Notes under the pieces: generated by a model
What the model was told of the DNA's origin: nothing
Database searches by the model: none
What the model saw: the letters and a program-made list of their open reading frames with translations, nothing else
Shown: in pieces, positions 18,465 through 28,865 of the stretch
Position numbering within the stretch: the stretch's first letter is position 1
Layout: every line of letters starts with the position of its first letter
DNA from: Opitutia bacterium
GTDB lineage: Bacteria > Verrucomicrobiota > Verrucomicrobiia > Opitutales > Opitutaceae
Assembly: GCA_947449835.1 (NCBI GenBank)
Contig: CANFSZ010000005.1
Coordinates: 5,812-69,811, forward strand
Direction of reading: 5' to 3'
Length of the DNA: 64,000 nt
Position numbers and translations under genes: made by a program

Positions 18465-20207
18465 TTAGGTGCCTTGTTGGCGGTCGTAGAGTGAACGGTA
18501 AAGCGGCTGGTTCGCGTGAAGTTCGGCGTGGGTGCCGGCGGCTACGATCTCTCCTTGGTCGAACACGAGGATTTTGGTCGCGTCGCGTATGGTGGAAAAG
18601 CGGTGGGCGATGATGAGCACGGTTTTGCCGACGACCAATTTCTTGAGGGCGAGTTGGATGGCGGCTTCGCTCTCGCTGTCGAGGGCGCTGGTGGCCTCGT
18701 CGAGGATGAGGATCGGGGCGTTGCGCAGAAAGGCGCGCGCGAGGGCGAGGCGTTGTTTTTGTCCACCGGAGAGACGTGCGCCGCGTTCGCCGACGATGGT
18801 GGCGTAGCCATCGGGGAAACTGCGGATAAAATCATGCGCAAACGCGGCGCGAGCGGCCGTTTCAACGTCGGCGAGGGTGGCCTCAGGGCGAGCAATTAAG
18901 AGGTTGTTGAAAATCGTGTCGTTGAACAGCACGAGATCTTGGGAGACGACCGCGATGTTGCGGCGGAGATCGGCGAGGCGAATGGCGCGAAGATCATGGC
19001 CGTCGAGTAGGACGCGGCCTGCGACGGGGTCGAAGAAGCGTGGAACGAGATTGGCGAAAGTGGATTTGCCGGCGCCGCTCGGTCCGACGAGTGCGCACAC
19101 CGTGCCCGCTGGAAGGTGGAGGGAAACGTTTTTCAGGACGCTCTCGCCATCGGTGTAGGCGAAGCTGACGCGGTCGAAAGTGAGTTCACCTCTCGCAACG
19201 GGGAGCGGTTGAGCTGCGGGGCCATCGATGATGGCTACGGGAGCTTGAAGCACGGCTTCGAGTCGGTCGAGGGAGCCGAGGCCGCGTTTCATTTCGTTGT
19301 TCAGGCTACCGAGTTTCTTGATCGGTTCATAGCTCGCATAGAGCGCGGTGATGAGCGTGATGAACGTGTCCTGGGCGAGGTGAACTTTGTAGGCGTAGAG
19401 AAGCGTGAACGCGATGCCCACCGCCGAGATGATTTCGATGAGGGGCGTGAGGGCCTTCTCATATTTCATGAACTTCATCTGCGCGCGGATGAGCGTCTGT
19501 GAGGCGCGAGAGAATCGGGCGGTCTCACGGGCTTCGAGGTTGAAGGCGCGCACTTCTTTAGTGGCGCTGAGATTTTCGCTAAAAATATCGGTCACGCCCC
19601 CGAGCTCGGCTTGGATTTGACCGGCGCGTTTGATCAATTTTTTGCCGACATAGCGGATGGGCAAAACGGAAAGTGGGACAACGGCGAGCGTGACGAGGAC
19701 GAGGGCGACGCCTTGTTCGGTGTAGGCGGTGTAGGCGACGAAACCGATGCTGCCCAGGAGGCTCGCGGGGCTCTTGACGATCTCGTTGGCGACGGTGGTG
19801 AGTGTAACTTGGAGCTGGTTGGCGTCGGCGAGACCCCGCGAAAGCAAATCGCCGGTAGAATTTTTTTGAAAAAACGAGAGCGGCAGAATCTGGAGCTTCC
19901 GGAAGAAATCGAGACGGATGGCTTCGAGGACGCGCGTGCCTACGAGTTGAATGAAATACGTATTGAGATAGGTCGCGACGCCACGGACGACGAACACGGC
20001 GGGAATCCATAGCGTGATGAGAGCGAGTTCCCAAGCGCTCAGCGGCAGGGCTTGGGGCGCGAAAATCACGGGGAAAACTTTTTTCACCATGTACGGCAAA
20101 CCCGCGCCTGAGGCCAAACCCGCGAGGATGCCGCAAAGAATCGCCGCGATTAATAAGCCGCGTTGCGGCCGGAGGTAGCTGAAGTAGGGGCGAAAACGGC
20201 GAATCAT
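18465..20207 (-). CDS. ABC exporter, fused permease/ATPase (MsbA-like lipid A flippase family)
   Basis: Six-TM N-terminal domain. Walker A GPSGAGKST, signature LSGGQKQR, Walker B ILILDEATSALD. Confidence 0.85.
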   Translation of the reverse strand: MIRRFRPYFSYLRPQRGLLIAAILCGILAGLASGAGLPYMVKKVFPVIFAPQALPLSAWELALITLWIPAVFVVRGVATYLNTYFIQLVGTRVLEAIRLDFFRKLQILPLSFFQKNSTGDLLSRGLADANQLQVTLTTVANEIVKSPASLLGSIGFVAYTAYTEQGVALVLVTLAVVPLSVLPIRYVGKKLIKRAGQIQAELGGVTDIFSENLSATKEVRAFNLEARETARFSRASQTLIRAQMKFMKYEKALTPLIEIISAVGIAFTLLYAYKVHLAQDTFITLITALYASYEPIKKLGSLNNEMKRGLGSLDRLEAVLQAPVAIIDGPAAQPLPVARGELTFDRVSFAYTDGESVLKNVSLHLPAGTVCALVGPSGAGKSTFANLVPRFFDPVAGRVLLDGHDLRAIRLADLRRNIAVVSQDLVLFNDTIFNNLLIARPEATLADVETAARAAFAHDFIRSFPDGYATIVGERGARLSGGQKQRLALARAFLRNAPILILDEATSALDSESEAAIQLALKKLVVGKTVLIIAHRFSTIRDATKILVFDQGEIVAAGTHAELHANQPLYRSLYDRQQGT

Positions 20208-20245
20208 GCGCGAGAGAGTACGTTAAAAAACTGAAACGTTCCCGA

Positions 20246-21142
20246 TCAGTCCTTGGAAGAACGCACGTCGAGCGCGTCGCGGAGGCCGTCGCCGAGGAAA
20301 TTCAGGGAGAAGAGGGTCAGCGAAAATACGCCACCCGGAAACACCAGCAGCCACCAAAATTCCTCCATCTTCTCGGCGCCGTCTTTGATGAGCACGCCCC
20401 ACGAACTCATAGGCGGTTGCACGCCGAGACCGAGGAAACTAAGAAACGCTTCCAGCAGCATCACCGCCGGAATGGTGAGCGTCGTGTACACGATGATCGG
20501 GCCCAAGATATTGGGGATCATGTGACGGAAAATGATCCGGCGATTGCCGAGGCCGAGCGCGCGCGCGGCTTCGATGTATTCCATCTTTTTAATCGAGATG
20601 ATCTGGCCGCGGACGATTCGCGCCATCGTCAGCCACTCGACCGCGCCGATGGCAAAGAAGAGCAGGAAAATATTTCGGCCAAAAAACACCATCAACAGAA
20701 TCACGAAAATCGTGAAGGGCAGGGCGTACATGATGTCGACGATCCGCATCATCACGGCGTCGATTTTTCCGCCAAAAAAACCAGCGACGGCGCCGTAGGT
20801 CACGCCGATGGCCAAAGCCACAAACGTCGCGACCAGACCGACCATGATGGAAATGCGTCCGCCGAATAAAATACGCGAAAACAGATCGCGGCCCAGCGTA
20901 TCCGTACCGAGCCAATGCGCGGCGCTCGGACCCGCGGCGCCGAGGTCGAGATTTTGATCTTGGTAAGACTGGGCGAAAAACGGGCCGAAGGCGCAGAGCA
21001 ACGCCAACACGAGCAACGTGGCGCCGCCACCTACGGCGAGGCGGTTTTTGCGCAGACGCGACCAAGCGTCGTACCAGAGCGAGTTGCCGGTTTCGATTTG
21101 CTCGGGCGTGACGACGGCGGAAGGGAGCGTGGTGGGGCTCAT
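20246..21142 (-). CDS. Peptide ABC transporter permease (OppC/DppC-like)
   Basis: EAA-loop region YIEAARALGLGNRRIIFRHMIPN. 4-nt overlap with the upstream permease gene. Confidence 0.88.
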   Translation of the reverse strand: MSPTTLPSAVVTPEQIETGNSLWYDAWSRLRKNRLAVGGGATLLVLALLCAFGPFFAQSYQDQNLDLGAAGPSAAHWLGTDTLGRDLFSRILFGGRISIMVGLVATFVALAIGVTYGAVAGFFGGKIDAVMMRIVDIMYALPFTIFVILLMVFFGRNIFLLFFAIGAVEWLTMARIVRGQIISIKKMEYIEAARALGLGNRRIIFRHMIPNILGPIIVYTTLTIPAVMLLEAFLSFLGLGVQPPMSSWGVLIKDGAEKMEEFWWLLVFPGGVFSLTLFSLNFLGDGLRDALDVRSSKD

Positions 21143-22056
21143 TCGAATTTGAGTTTCGGGTTGAGCCAGATCTGGACCACGTCGACCACGAGATTGAGGA
21201 TGACGATCAGCGAGGCGTAGAGGATGACCGTGCCGAGAACCAAGGTGTAATCGCGGTTGAAGGCGCTGTTGACGAATTCGCGGCCGAGGCCGGGGATTTG
21301 AAAAATCGTTTCAATGACAAACGAGCCCGTGAGAATACCGGCGATGCCAGGCCCGAGAAAAGAAACGACCGGCAACAATCCGCCGCGCAACGCGTGTTTG
21401 AAAACGACGCGTGCTTCGCTGGCGCCTTTGGCTCGAGCGGTGCGGATGTAGTCTTGGTTGAGCACCTCAAGCATGCCGCCGCGGGTGAGGCGGGCGATGT
21501 AGGCGGCGTACACGCAGCCGAGGGTGAGGCAGGGTAAAATACGATCCGAAGGGCCGTACCAGCCGGAGGCGTTCAGCCATTGAAAGCGAATCGCGAACGT
21601 GAGCACGAGGAGCGGTCCGAGTACAAAAGTCGGAACACAGATTCCGATCATTGCCGTGGATGAACAGACGTAATCCAGCCAGCTGTTGCGCTTCACGGCG
21701 GCAAGGGTCCCGAGCGTGATGCCGATCGTGAGGGCGACGGCGAGAGAGATGAAACCGAGTTCGAGGGACGTCGGGAGTTTGTCGCCGATGATTTCGTTGA
21801 CGGTGCGGTTGGGGTATTTGAAGGACGGGCCGAGATCGCCGCGCATGAGACTGCCCATGTAATCAAAATATTGTTGGTGGAGCGGTTTATTGAGGCCGTA
21901 GTGCGCTTCGAGGTTGCGTAGGATTTCGGGGGTGACGGCCTTTTCCGCGGTGAATGGTCCGCCCGGTACGAATCGGATCATGAAAAACGTCGCCGTGATG
22001 ATGATCCAGAGCACCGGAATGATCTGGAGCAGGCGGCGGAAGGTGAAGCGGAGCAT
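21139..22056 (-). CDS. Peptide ABC transporter permease (OppB/DppB-like)
   Basis: MLRFTFRRLLQIIPVLWIIITATFF N-terminus and YIRTARAKGASEARVVFKHALRG EAA loop. Confidence 0.88.
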   Translation of the reverse strand: MLRFTFRRLLQIIPVLWIIITATFFMIRFVPGGPFTAEKAVTPEILRNLEAHYGLNKPLHQQYFDYMGSLMRGDLGPSFKYPNRTVNEIIGDKLPTSLELGFISLAVALTIGITLGTLAAVKRNSWLDYVCSSTAMIGICVPTFVLGPLLVLTFAIRFQWLNASGWYGPSDRILPCLTLGCVYAAYIARLTRGGMLEVLNQDYIRTARAKGASEARVVFKHALRGGLLPVVSFLGPGIAGILTGSFVIETIFQIPGLGREFVNSAFNRDYTLVLGTVILYASLIVILNLVVDVVQIWLNPKLKFE

Positions 22057-22208
22057 GGTGCGACGTGGGCGGGAGTCGAAAGAGTGAAAGACAGAGCACG
22101 AGGCGAATCGATGGCAAGCGTGCGACTCGATCGGCGCTACTCCGGCGAGACGAGAATCTCGCGCACCGCCGAGGCTGCTGGCGGTGGCGGTGAGGGGTTA
22201 AGATCCGC

Positions 22209-23921
22209 TCAATTTTCGAGGTAGATGTGTTTGTAGGGATGGTTGTCCAAGAGCGTGGGGTAATAGCCTTTCACGCGGGGGCTGACGGCGTGAACTTTGG
22301 TGTAAAAATAAATCGGGATGACAGGCATTTCATCGACGAGGATGGCGTCCATTTTTTGGTAAATCTCGTAGCGCTCCGTGTCGTTTTTCGCGGTGAGGGC
22401 GGCTTGGAACAAGCGGTCGTAGTCGGCGTTGGACCAAAGAGTGTCGTTGTTGCCGTTGCCGGTGGTCCAGATTTCGAGAAACACGTGGGGGTCGACGTAG
22501 TCGGCGATCCAGCCGGCGCGTTGCAGCGTGTAGTCTTTGGTGACGTGTTGCGTGTTGAGGTAAACTTTCCACTCCTCGTTGCGGAGGGTGATTTCGACCC
22601 CGAGATTTTTCCGCCACATTTGCTGGATGGCCTCGGCGATGGCGCGGTGGTTGGCTTGGGTGTTGTAGAGCAGCTCGATGGGTGGGCAGCCTTTGCCATC
22701 GGGGTAGCCGGCTTCGGCGAGGAGTTGCTTGGCGAGGGCGAGGTCGCCGGTGATTTTGGCGCGTGGGAAGTAGCCGGCGGTGCCCGGATAGCTGACGCTG
22801 TAAGCGGGCGTCTCGCCGCCGCGGGTGATGTTTTTAATGAGGCTCTCGCGGTCGATGGCGAGGGCGAGGGCGCGGCGCACGCGCTTGTCGGTGAGCGGCG
22901 CGCGCGTGACGTTGCAGCGGTAGAAATACACGCCGAGCCATGGATCAACCTTGAGGGCTTCGGGGCGTTCCTTGCGGTAGGTGTCGATTTTGTTGGCCGG
23001 CATTTCGTAGGTCATGTCGAGCTGGCCCGTGCGAAACATCCGCTCTTCGGTGCCGAGGTCTTCGGTGGGGAAAAATTCAATGGCATCGAGTTTCACGACG
23101 GCGGCGTCCCAATAGTGAGGGTTGCGCACGACGGTGATTTTTTGCTGCGGTGCCCAGTCTTTGAGCTGAAACGGGCCGCTGCCGACGTGATTGCCGGTGC
23201 GCGTCCACGCGGTGCGTTTCTCGTCGAGCTTGCCGAATTTTTTCACGACGTGCGTGGGGACGATGGTCCAAGCATAGTGGCTGGCGATGATCTTGAGCAG
23301 ATAAGGCGTGGGTGATTTGAGCGTGATCTGGAGCGTGCGTTCGTCGAGGGCCTTGAAACCGGTTTTGGAGAAATCGGTGAGTTTGCCTTTGGTGTAATCC
23401 TCCGCGCCAACGGCGAACCACAACAGATACGCGTATTCCGCGCCGAGCCCGGGTGAGAGCATGCGCTGGTAGGATTCGACGGCTTGCGGCGCGGTGATCG
23501 GCGTGCCGTCGGACCATTTTGCATTGGCGCGAAGGTGAAACGTGTAAACCAATCCGTCGGCCGAAATTTCCCAGCGATCAGCCAAGCCGGGAATCGGGTG
23601 CAGGTCTTTGGGGTCCTCGGTGACGAGGCCTTCGAAGAGCGCCATCATGAGTTTGTGCTCAGGGACGCCGGTGACCGTTTGCGGATCGAGGTCTTGCGGT
23701 TCGGCGCCGTTGCCGACGCGCCAGATTTGCGGAGTGGCTGAAGGAGCCGTGGTCGTGTTGGTTTTGGCGGCGGGCGATGGGCTCGAATCTTTTTTCCCGC
23801 AGCCGGTCAGCAACGCGCCCAGCGTCAAAAGGCACGTGAATCCAACGACCGAGCGAATCGATGAGAGCTTACGGAAAGAGTTGAGCGAGGTGCAGCCGAG
23901 GGGGGTGTCAAAATTACGCAT
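22209..23921 (-). CDS. Peptide ABC transporter substrate-binding lipoprotein (family 5, OppA-like)
   Basis: Lipobox LLTGC after the internal ATG 23921. Family-5 SBP blocks (KWSDGTPITA, VDPWLGVYFYRCN). Confidence 0.85.
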   Translation of the reverse strand: MRNFDTPLGCTSLNSFRKLSSIRSVVGFTCLLTLGALLTGCGKKDSSPSPAAKTNTTTAPSATPQIWRVGNGAEPQDLDPQTVTGVPEHKLMMALFEGLVTEDPKDLHPIPGLADRWEISADGLVYTFHLRANAKWSDGTPITAPQAVESYQRMLSPGLGAEYAYLLWFAVGAEDYTKGKLTDFSKTGFKALDERTLQITLKSPTPYLLKIIASHYAWTIVPTHVVKKFGKLDEKRTAWTRTGNHVGSGPFQLKDWAPQQKITVVRNPHYWDAAVVKLDAIEFFPTEDLGTEERMFRTGQLDMTYEMPANKIDTYRKERPEALKVDPWLGVYFYRCNVTRAPLTDKRVRRALALAIDRESLIKNITRGGETPAYSVSYPGTAGYFPRAKITGDLALAKQLLAEAGYPDGKGCPPIELLYNTQANHRAIAEAIQQMWRKNLGVEITLRNEEWKVYLNTQHVTKDYTLQRAGWIADYVDPHVFLEIWTTGNGNNDTLWSNADYDRLFQAALTAKNDTERYEIYQKMDAILVDEMPVIPIYFYTKVHAVSPRVKGYYPTLLDNHPYKHIYLEN

Positions 23922-24027
23922 GAAGCGATGAGAGCATGTGTCGCGCTGAGCGCAAGCGGAGGCGGGCTTGAAATTCTCGGGGCGTTCGGTGTTGGTGGGG
24001 GCCGAGTTTGCCCCTTTTTTCCGCCCT

Positions 24028-27000
24028 ATGTACCTCGTTCGCCTCTTCAACGCCCTCGTTCTTGCTGCTCTTTTTAACCTGTTGGCTCACGCCGCGGAGC
24101 CCAAGACCTCCGACGACGCGTTGAAAGCCCAGGGCAACGTCGCGCCGAAAATCGTGCGTTTCACGCCCGAGCAAGAAGCAGCGATTTTGAAAGACGTGAA
24201 AGTGCCCGAAGGTTTCGACGTCACGCTTTTCGCCAACTCAGCGGCCGCGAATTATCCGGTCTTCGTGGCGGCGGCGCCCAACGGCGATCTCTACGTCTCG
24301 AGTGATGGCAACGGCTCGCTCGGGCGCGATCCACACCGCGGGCGCATCTTGCGGCTCCGCGACACCGACGGCGACGGCCGCGCCGATCAAGTGACGGAGT
24401 TCGTCAAAGACCTCGATTCGCCCCGTGGCCTCGTCTGGGATCACGACCGGCTTTACGTCGTGCACCCGCCGCACGTGAGCGTGTTCATCGACCGCGACGG
24501 CGATGGAGTGGCCGAGGAATCGAAAATTCTCATCAAGGACATCGCCTTCGGTTTTGCCGACCGCCCCGCCGACCACACGACCAACGGCCTGAGTCTCGGC
24601 ATCGACGGCTGGCTCTACGTGGCGGGTGGCGACTTCGGTTACATGAAAGCCGTCGGCACCGATGGCCGCACCGTCCAACATCGTGGCGGCGGTGTGACGC
24701 GCTTTCGCCCCGACGGCACGGGCTTGGAAATCTTCAGTCGCGGCACTCGCAATATCGTCGAAGTGGCCGTGGGGCCGTTGATGAACATCTTCGCCCGCGA
24801 CAACACCAACGACGGCGGCGGCTGGGACATCCGGCTCGAAAACTTCACCGGTCTCGAGCATCACGGTTATCCTTATCTGTATAAAAATTTCGGGCCGGAG
24901 CACGTGAAACCCTTGGCGGATTACGGCGGCGGCTCGGGCTGCGGCGCGTTGTTTCTCGATGAGCCCGGTTTCGGCAAATGGAATGGGCCGCTCACCTGCG
25001 ACTGGGGCACGGGCGCGCTTTGGCATCAAGCGGTCGCACCACGCGGGGCGAGTTACATCGAGACGGCGCCGCCCGAAAAATTCGTGGCGATGACCCGCCC
25101 GACCGACGCCGACGTCGATGCGTTGAGCCACGTTTATCAAGCGAGTTGGAAAGGCGCGACGTTCAACTGGGCGGGCGCGGATGTGGGTTACATCGTGCGC
25201 GTCACACCGAAAAATTTCACGGCGCCGGCTTTGCCCGATTTTGACCGCGTGAGCGACGCGGAGTTGGTTGCGCTCCTTGAATCACCCAGTCATCGGACCC
25301 GCCTCGAAGCGCAGCGGACGCTCTTGCGCCGCGAACTCAACGCGGAGACGACGGCGCGCTTGCTGGCCCTCGCGCGCGAATCCGCTAAACCACTCGTGAC
25401 CCGCGTGGCCGCCGTTTACGCGATCACGCAACGCGCTTTTGGCGGCAACGTCGACGCGGCCGTCGCTGGCCTGACCCGCGACGTGGCTTTGCAGCCGTAC
25501 GTGCTGCGCGCGCTCGCCGACGGCGGGAAAGATGCGCCGACCGATGCCTTTGCCGCCGGACTAGCGAGCGCGGAGGCGCAGGTGAAACTCGAAGCGATCA
25601 TCGGCGCCGTGCATCGGAATCTCACCTCGCTCGCGCCGCAGATTGCTGCGCTCCTCGGGGATGCGGACGAACGCGTCGCGCACACGGCTTATCGCGCGAT
25701 CGCGCAACTCGGAGCTTACGAAGCCGGTTTCGCGGTCCTCGATCAGCCGCAAGCCCCCCAAGCGCAACGCACCGGCGCGGTGTTTGCGTTGGCGCGCATC
25801 CACTCGAAGCCCGTCGTCGACGGCGTGTTGGCGCGTTTGGAAAAAGCAGAAACACCCGCGCATCGGCAGGATTTGATTCGCATCTTGAGCCGGTTGCATT
25901 TCACGGACGGCGAATGGAAGGGCGATTCCTGGGGCACGCGGCCCGACACGCGCGGACCGTATTATCAACCTGAAGCTTGGAGCGAGACGCCTCGCATCGC
26001 GGCGGCCATCAAAGCGCTGCTCGCGCGTGCGACGCCCGCCGAGGCCGGCTACTTGGTCGCCGAAATGAATCTCAACCGTATTCAATCCAACGAAGCCCTC
26101 GCGCGCATCATAGCCCTAGCCGCGCAAAATCCCGAACTCGCAGCCGACGCCGTTATGCAGATGGCGGCGCTCGAGGAAATTCCCGCCGAAGGCGTGTCGT
26201 TGTTGGTGCGCGCGGCGCGCAATCCTACGGCGAATGCGGGCGTGCTGGCGCAGGCGGTCGCGGCTTTGGCCAAGACCGATAGCGCTGAAGGCGCGCGCGC
26301 GATGTTGGCCGCGCTCGTCGCGTTGAACGACATGAAAGGCGTGGGCAAAGAAAGCGACGCCGCGCGGCAGGCTTTTTTAAACGCGCCGAAACTCGATGTG
26401 CTGCACGCGGAGTTTGAAGCTGAGGCCGCGAGCGTCGGCACACCGGCGGCCGTCTGGGCCGAGGGCGCGCTGTTGAAAATTTCGAGCCGTGCGTCGGCTA
26501 GTCCCGAGGCACGCGAGCAAGCGACAAAAACGTTGGCGGTCGGCTGGGAGACGCCCGCGCGTCGCATTCAGATCATCAAGGCCGCAGATAAATTTAAACT
26601 TCACGCGATGGACCAAAAAATTCTCGCCGCCGCGAACGACCCAGATGCCAACGTCGCGAAGGCGGCGAAAAGCGCGGTGACTTCGTTGCGGCTGGGCGCG
26701 AAGGGCGCGGGCGGAGGTCCGCTCGTGGGGACGTTGAGTATCGACGACGCAGTGGCGCAGGTCGTCAAAATGAAAGGTGATGCTGGGCTCGGGGAGCAGA
26801 TTTTCGTGCGCCAGACGTGCGTGGCTTGTCACTCGGTGAGTCAGACGGAAATGCAGAAGGGGCCTTATTTGGGCAACATCGCCCAGACGTATCCGCGGCC
26901 GGAGTTGGCGCGGAATATCCTCAATCCCAATCTCACCATCGCACAGGGTTTCACGACGGAAATCGTGAAATTAAAAGACGGTTCGCAACAGGTGGGTTTC

Positions 27001-27192
27001 ATCACGCTCGAAGCGGCGGACCGCGTAAAATTGCGCAACGTCGCGGCGCAGGAATTTACGTTCCTTGTGAAGGACATCGCCGAGCGCCAGCGTTTGCCGA
27101 TTTCCGTGATGCCTGCGGGTTTGGTCGATGGGTTGACGATGCGGGAATTCGCCTCGCTCTTGGATTATCTCGAAGCGCTGGCGAAAAAGTGA
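24028..27192 (+). CDS. PVC-type heme-binding CxxCH protein (membrane-bound dehydrogenase domain, HEAT repeats, cytochrome c), paralogue of 5888-8800
   Basis: Signal peptide from ATG 24028 (MYLVRLFNALVLAALFNLLAHA). LRDTDGDGRADQ block. C-terminal CVACH heme motif. Confidence 0.85.
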   Translation: MYLVRLFNALVLAALFNLLAHAAEPKTSDDALKAQGNVAPKIVRFTPEQEAAILKDVKVPEGFDVTLFANSAAANYPVFVAAAPNGDLYVSSDGNGSLGRDPHRGRILRLRDTDGDGRADQVTEFVKDLDSPRGLVWDHDRLYVVHPPHVSVFIDRDGDGVAEESKILIKDIAFGFADRPADHTTNGLSLGIDGWLYVAGGDFGYMKAVGTDGRTVQHRGGGVTRFRPDGTGLEIFSRGTRNIVEVAVGPLMNIFARDNTNDGGGWDIRLENFTGLEHHGYPYLYKNFGPEHVKPLADYGGGSGCGALFLDEPGFGKWNGPLTCDWGTGALWHQAVAPRGASYIETAPPEKFVAMTRPTDADVDALSHVYQASWKGATFNWAGADVGYIVRVTPKNFTAPALPDFDRVSDAELVALLESPSHRTRLEAQRTLLRRELNAETTARLLALARESAKPLVTRVAAVYAITQRAFGGNVDAAVAGLTRDVALQPYVLRALADGGKDAPTDAFAAGLASAEAQVKLEAIIGAVHRNLTSLAPQIAALLGDADERVAHTAYRAIAQLGAYEAGFAVLDQPQAPQAQRTGAVFALARIHSKPVVDGVLARLEKAETPAHRQDLIRILSRLHFTDGEWKGDSWGTRPDTRGPYYQPEAWSETPRIAAAIKALLARATPAEAGYLVAEMNLNRIQSNEALARIIALAAQNPELAADAVMQMAALEEIPAEGVSLLVRAARNPTANAGVLAQAVAALAKTDSAEGARAMLAALVALNDMKGVGKESDAARQAFLNAPKLDVLHAEFEAEAASVGTPAAVWAEGALLKISSRASASPEAREQATKTLAVGWETPARRIQIIKAADKFKLHAMDQKILAAANDPDANVAKAAKSAVTSLRLGAKGAGGGPLVGTLSIDDAVAQVVKMKGDAGLGEQIFVRQTCVACHSVSQTEMQKGPYLGNIAQTYPRPELARNILNPNLTIAQGFTTEIVKLKDGSQQVGFITLEAADRVKLRNVAAQEFTFLVKDIAERQRLPISVMPAGLVDGLTMREFASLLDYLEALAKK

Positions 27193-27200
27193 CGGCGCGG

Positions 27201-28841
27201 TCAGGGCGCGAGGGAGACAAATTTCAGCGGATGCAAATCCAGTAAATTCTCGTGCCAGCCGCGGACGGAGGCCGCGTGGAAGCGGCGCATCGGCACGTGG
27301 TAGAGCGGAATGACGGGCGCCTCGGCGAGCAGGATCGCTTCCGCGCGGCGGAGGAGCGCGTAGCGGGCAGCTTGATCGACGGTGCGTGTCGACTCGGCGA
27401 TAAGGCGATCGTACGCGGGACTGGACCAACCGGTCTGGTTGTTGCCGCCGTCGGTCAGGAAGACGTCGAGGAAGGTCGCGGGGTCGAGGTAGTCACCGTT
27501 CCAGAAACCGGCGAGGATTTCGTAACTGCGCGAGCGCCGGGCGGAGATGGCGGTTTTCATTTCCTGCTGCACGAGTGCGACGTCGATGCCGAGTTGGGTG
27601 CGCCACATTTGTTGGAGCGCTTCGGCGACGGGTTGTTCGGTGCCGTGATAGGAATAAAAAATCACTTCCGTCTTCGGGAAACCGCGCCCATCGGGAAAAC
27701 CAGCGGCGGCGAGGAGACGGCGGGCTTCGGCGATGTCGGTGCCGACGCCGGGATCGGCCGTGTAACCAGCGCAGGCGGGAGGCGTGAAGGAATTGGCGGG
27801 CGTGTTGCTGTGAATGATGCGTTGAGCGAGTTGCGTGCGATCAATCGCGAGGGCGAGGGCGCGGCGGACGCGCGCATCGGTGAACGGCGGGCGTTGGCAA
27901 TTGAAGCGAAGAATCGCGGTAGAAAGTGCGACGCCATCGTGGAGCAACGGCGCGAGCGCGGGGTCTTTTTGCGCGGCGACGATCTTGGCGACGGGCGGGA
28001 TGGCGATGTGAAGTTGGCCGGCGCGGAACGCGGCCTCGCCGACGGATGGGTTTTCGATGGGATAGAAAACCGCGGCGTTGAGCGTCACGTGCGCGCGGTC
28101 CCAGTAGGTGGCGGATTGGGTGACGCGCAGATTTTGGTTGGGCGTCCACGCGGCGAGCGTGAAGGCGCCGTTGCCGACGTGGTTGCCGGGGCGCGTCCAA
28201 GCGGTGCCGCGTTGATCGATGCGGCCGTATTTTTCAATCGTGGCTCGATGGAGCGGGTACCAGCAAATTTGCGTCACCAGCGTGGGCAGATACGGCACGG
28301 GTTGATGCAGCGTGAGTATGAGTGTGTGGTCATCGGAGGCGCGGACGCCGACGGCGTTGAAATCGGTGAGTTTGCCGGTGGCGTAGGCTTCGGCGTTTTT
28401 AAGGATGTGAAATTGATCGCGGAATTCAGCGCCGAGGGCGGGAGCGAGCATGCGACGGTACGCGAAGACAAAATCGTGCGCGGTGACGCGGTCTTTATTG
28501 GACCAACGGGCATCCGGGCGGAGGTGAAACGTCCACGTTAGTCCATCGCTTGAAACGGACCACGTGGTGGCGACGCCGGGGATCGGTTGGCACGTGATGG
28601 GGTCAACTTCGCAGAGGCCTTCCATGACGGCGCGGATGACGTTGATATCGGCGGGAATCGTCGTGGTGTGCGGGTCGAGATCGCGGGGCTCGGCGGAGTT
28701 GTTGACGTGGAGCGTCTGCGTGCGGTTGCCCGACTCGACGGCGGTTTCACGCGAAGAGCAGCCGGAGATTACAACGCTCAAAAGTAACCACGCGCCTAGG
28801 AACACGGCGTGCTCCGAACCACTTAAGTTAGGGCGAAACAT
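27201..28841 (-). CDS. Family-5 (peptide/nickel) ABC substrate-binding lipoprotein
   Basis: Lipobox VISGC. Blocks RWSNKDRVTAHDF and a PVIPLYH-type C-terminus. Confidence 0.85.
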   Translation of the reverse strand: MFRPNLSGSEHAVFLGAWLLLSVVISGCSSRETAVESGNRTQTLHVNNSAEPRDLDPHTTTIPADINVIRAVMEGLCEVDPITCQPIPGVATTWSVSSDGLTWTFHLRPDARWSNKDRVTAHDFVFAYRRMLAPALGAEFRDQFHILKNAEAYATGKLTDFNAVGVRASDDHTLILTLHQPVPYLPTLVTQICWYPLHRATIEKYGRIDQRGTAWTRPGNHVGNGAFTLAAWTPNQNLRVTQSATYWDRAHVTLNAAVFYPIENPSVGEAAFRAGQLHIAIPPVAKIVAAQKDPALAPLLHDGVALSTAILRFNCQRPPFTDARVRRALALAIDRTQLAQRIIHSNTPANSFTPPACAGYTADPGVGTDIAEARRLLAAAGFPDGRGFPKTEVIFYSYHGTEQPVAEALQQMWRTQLGIDVALVQQEMKTAISARRSRSYEILAGFWNGDYLDPATFLDVFLTDGGNNQTGWSSPAYDRLIAESTRTVDQAARYALLRRAEAILLAEAPVIPLYHVPMRRFHAASVRGWHENLLDLHPLKFVSLAP

Positions 28842-28865
28842 GCGCGGGTCTGGTCCGGAAACGAG

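Noticed and set aside
22227-23315. 362-aa plus-strand ORF; similar antisense ORFs at 27252-28541, 31276-31959, 36967-37782 and 62448-63401
   Set aside because: Each lies antisense to a confidently identified gene (SBPs, GMC, Gfo/Idh/MocA) and has no recognisable motifs.
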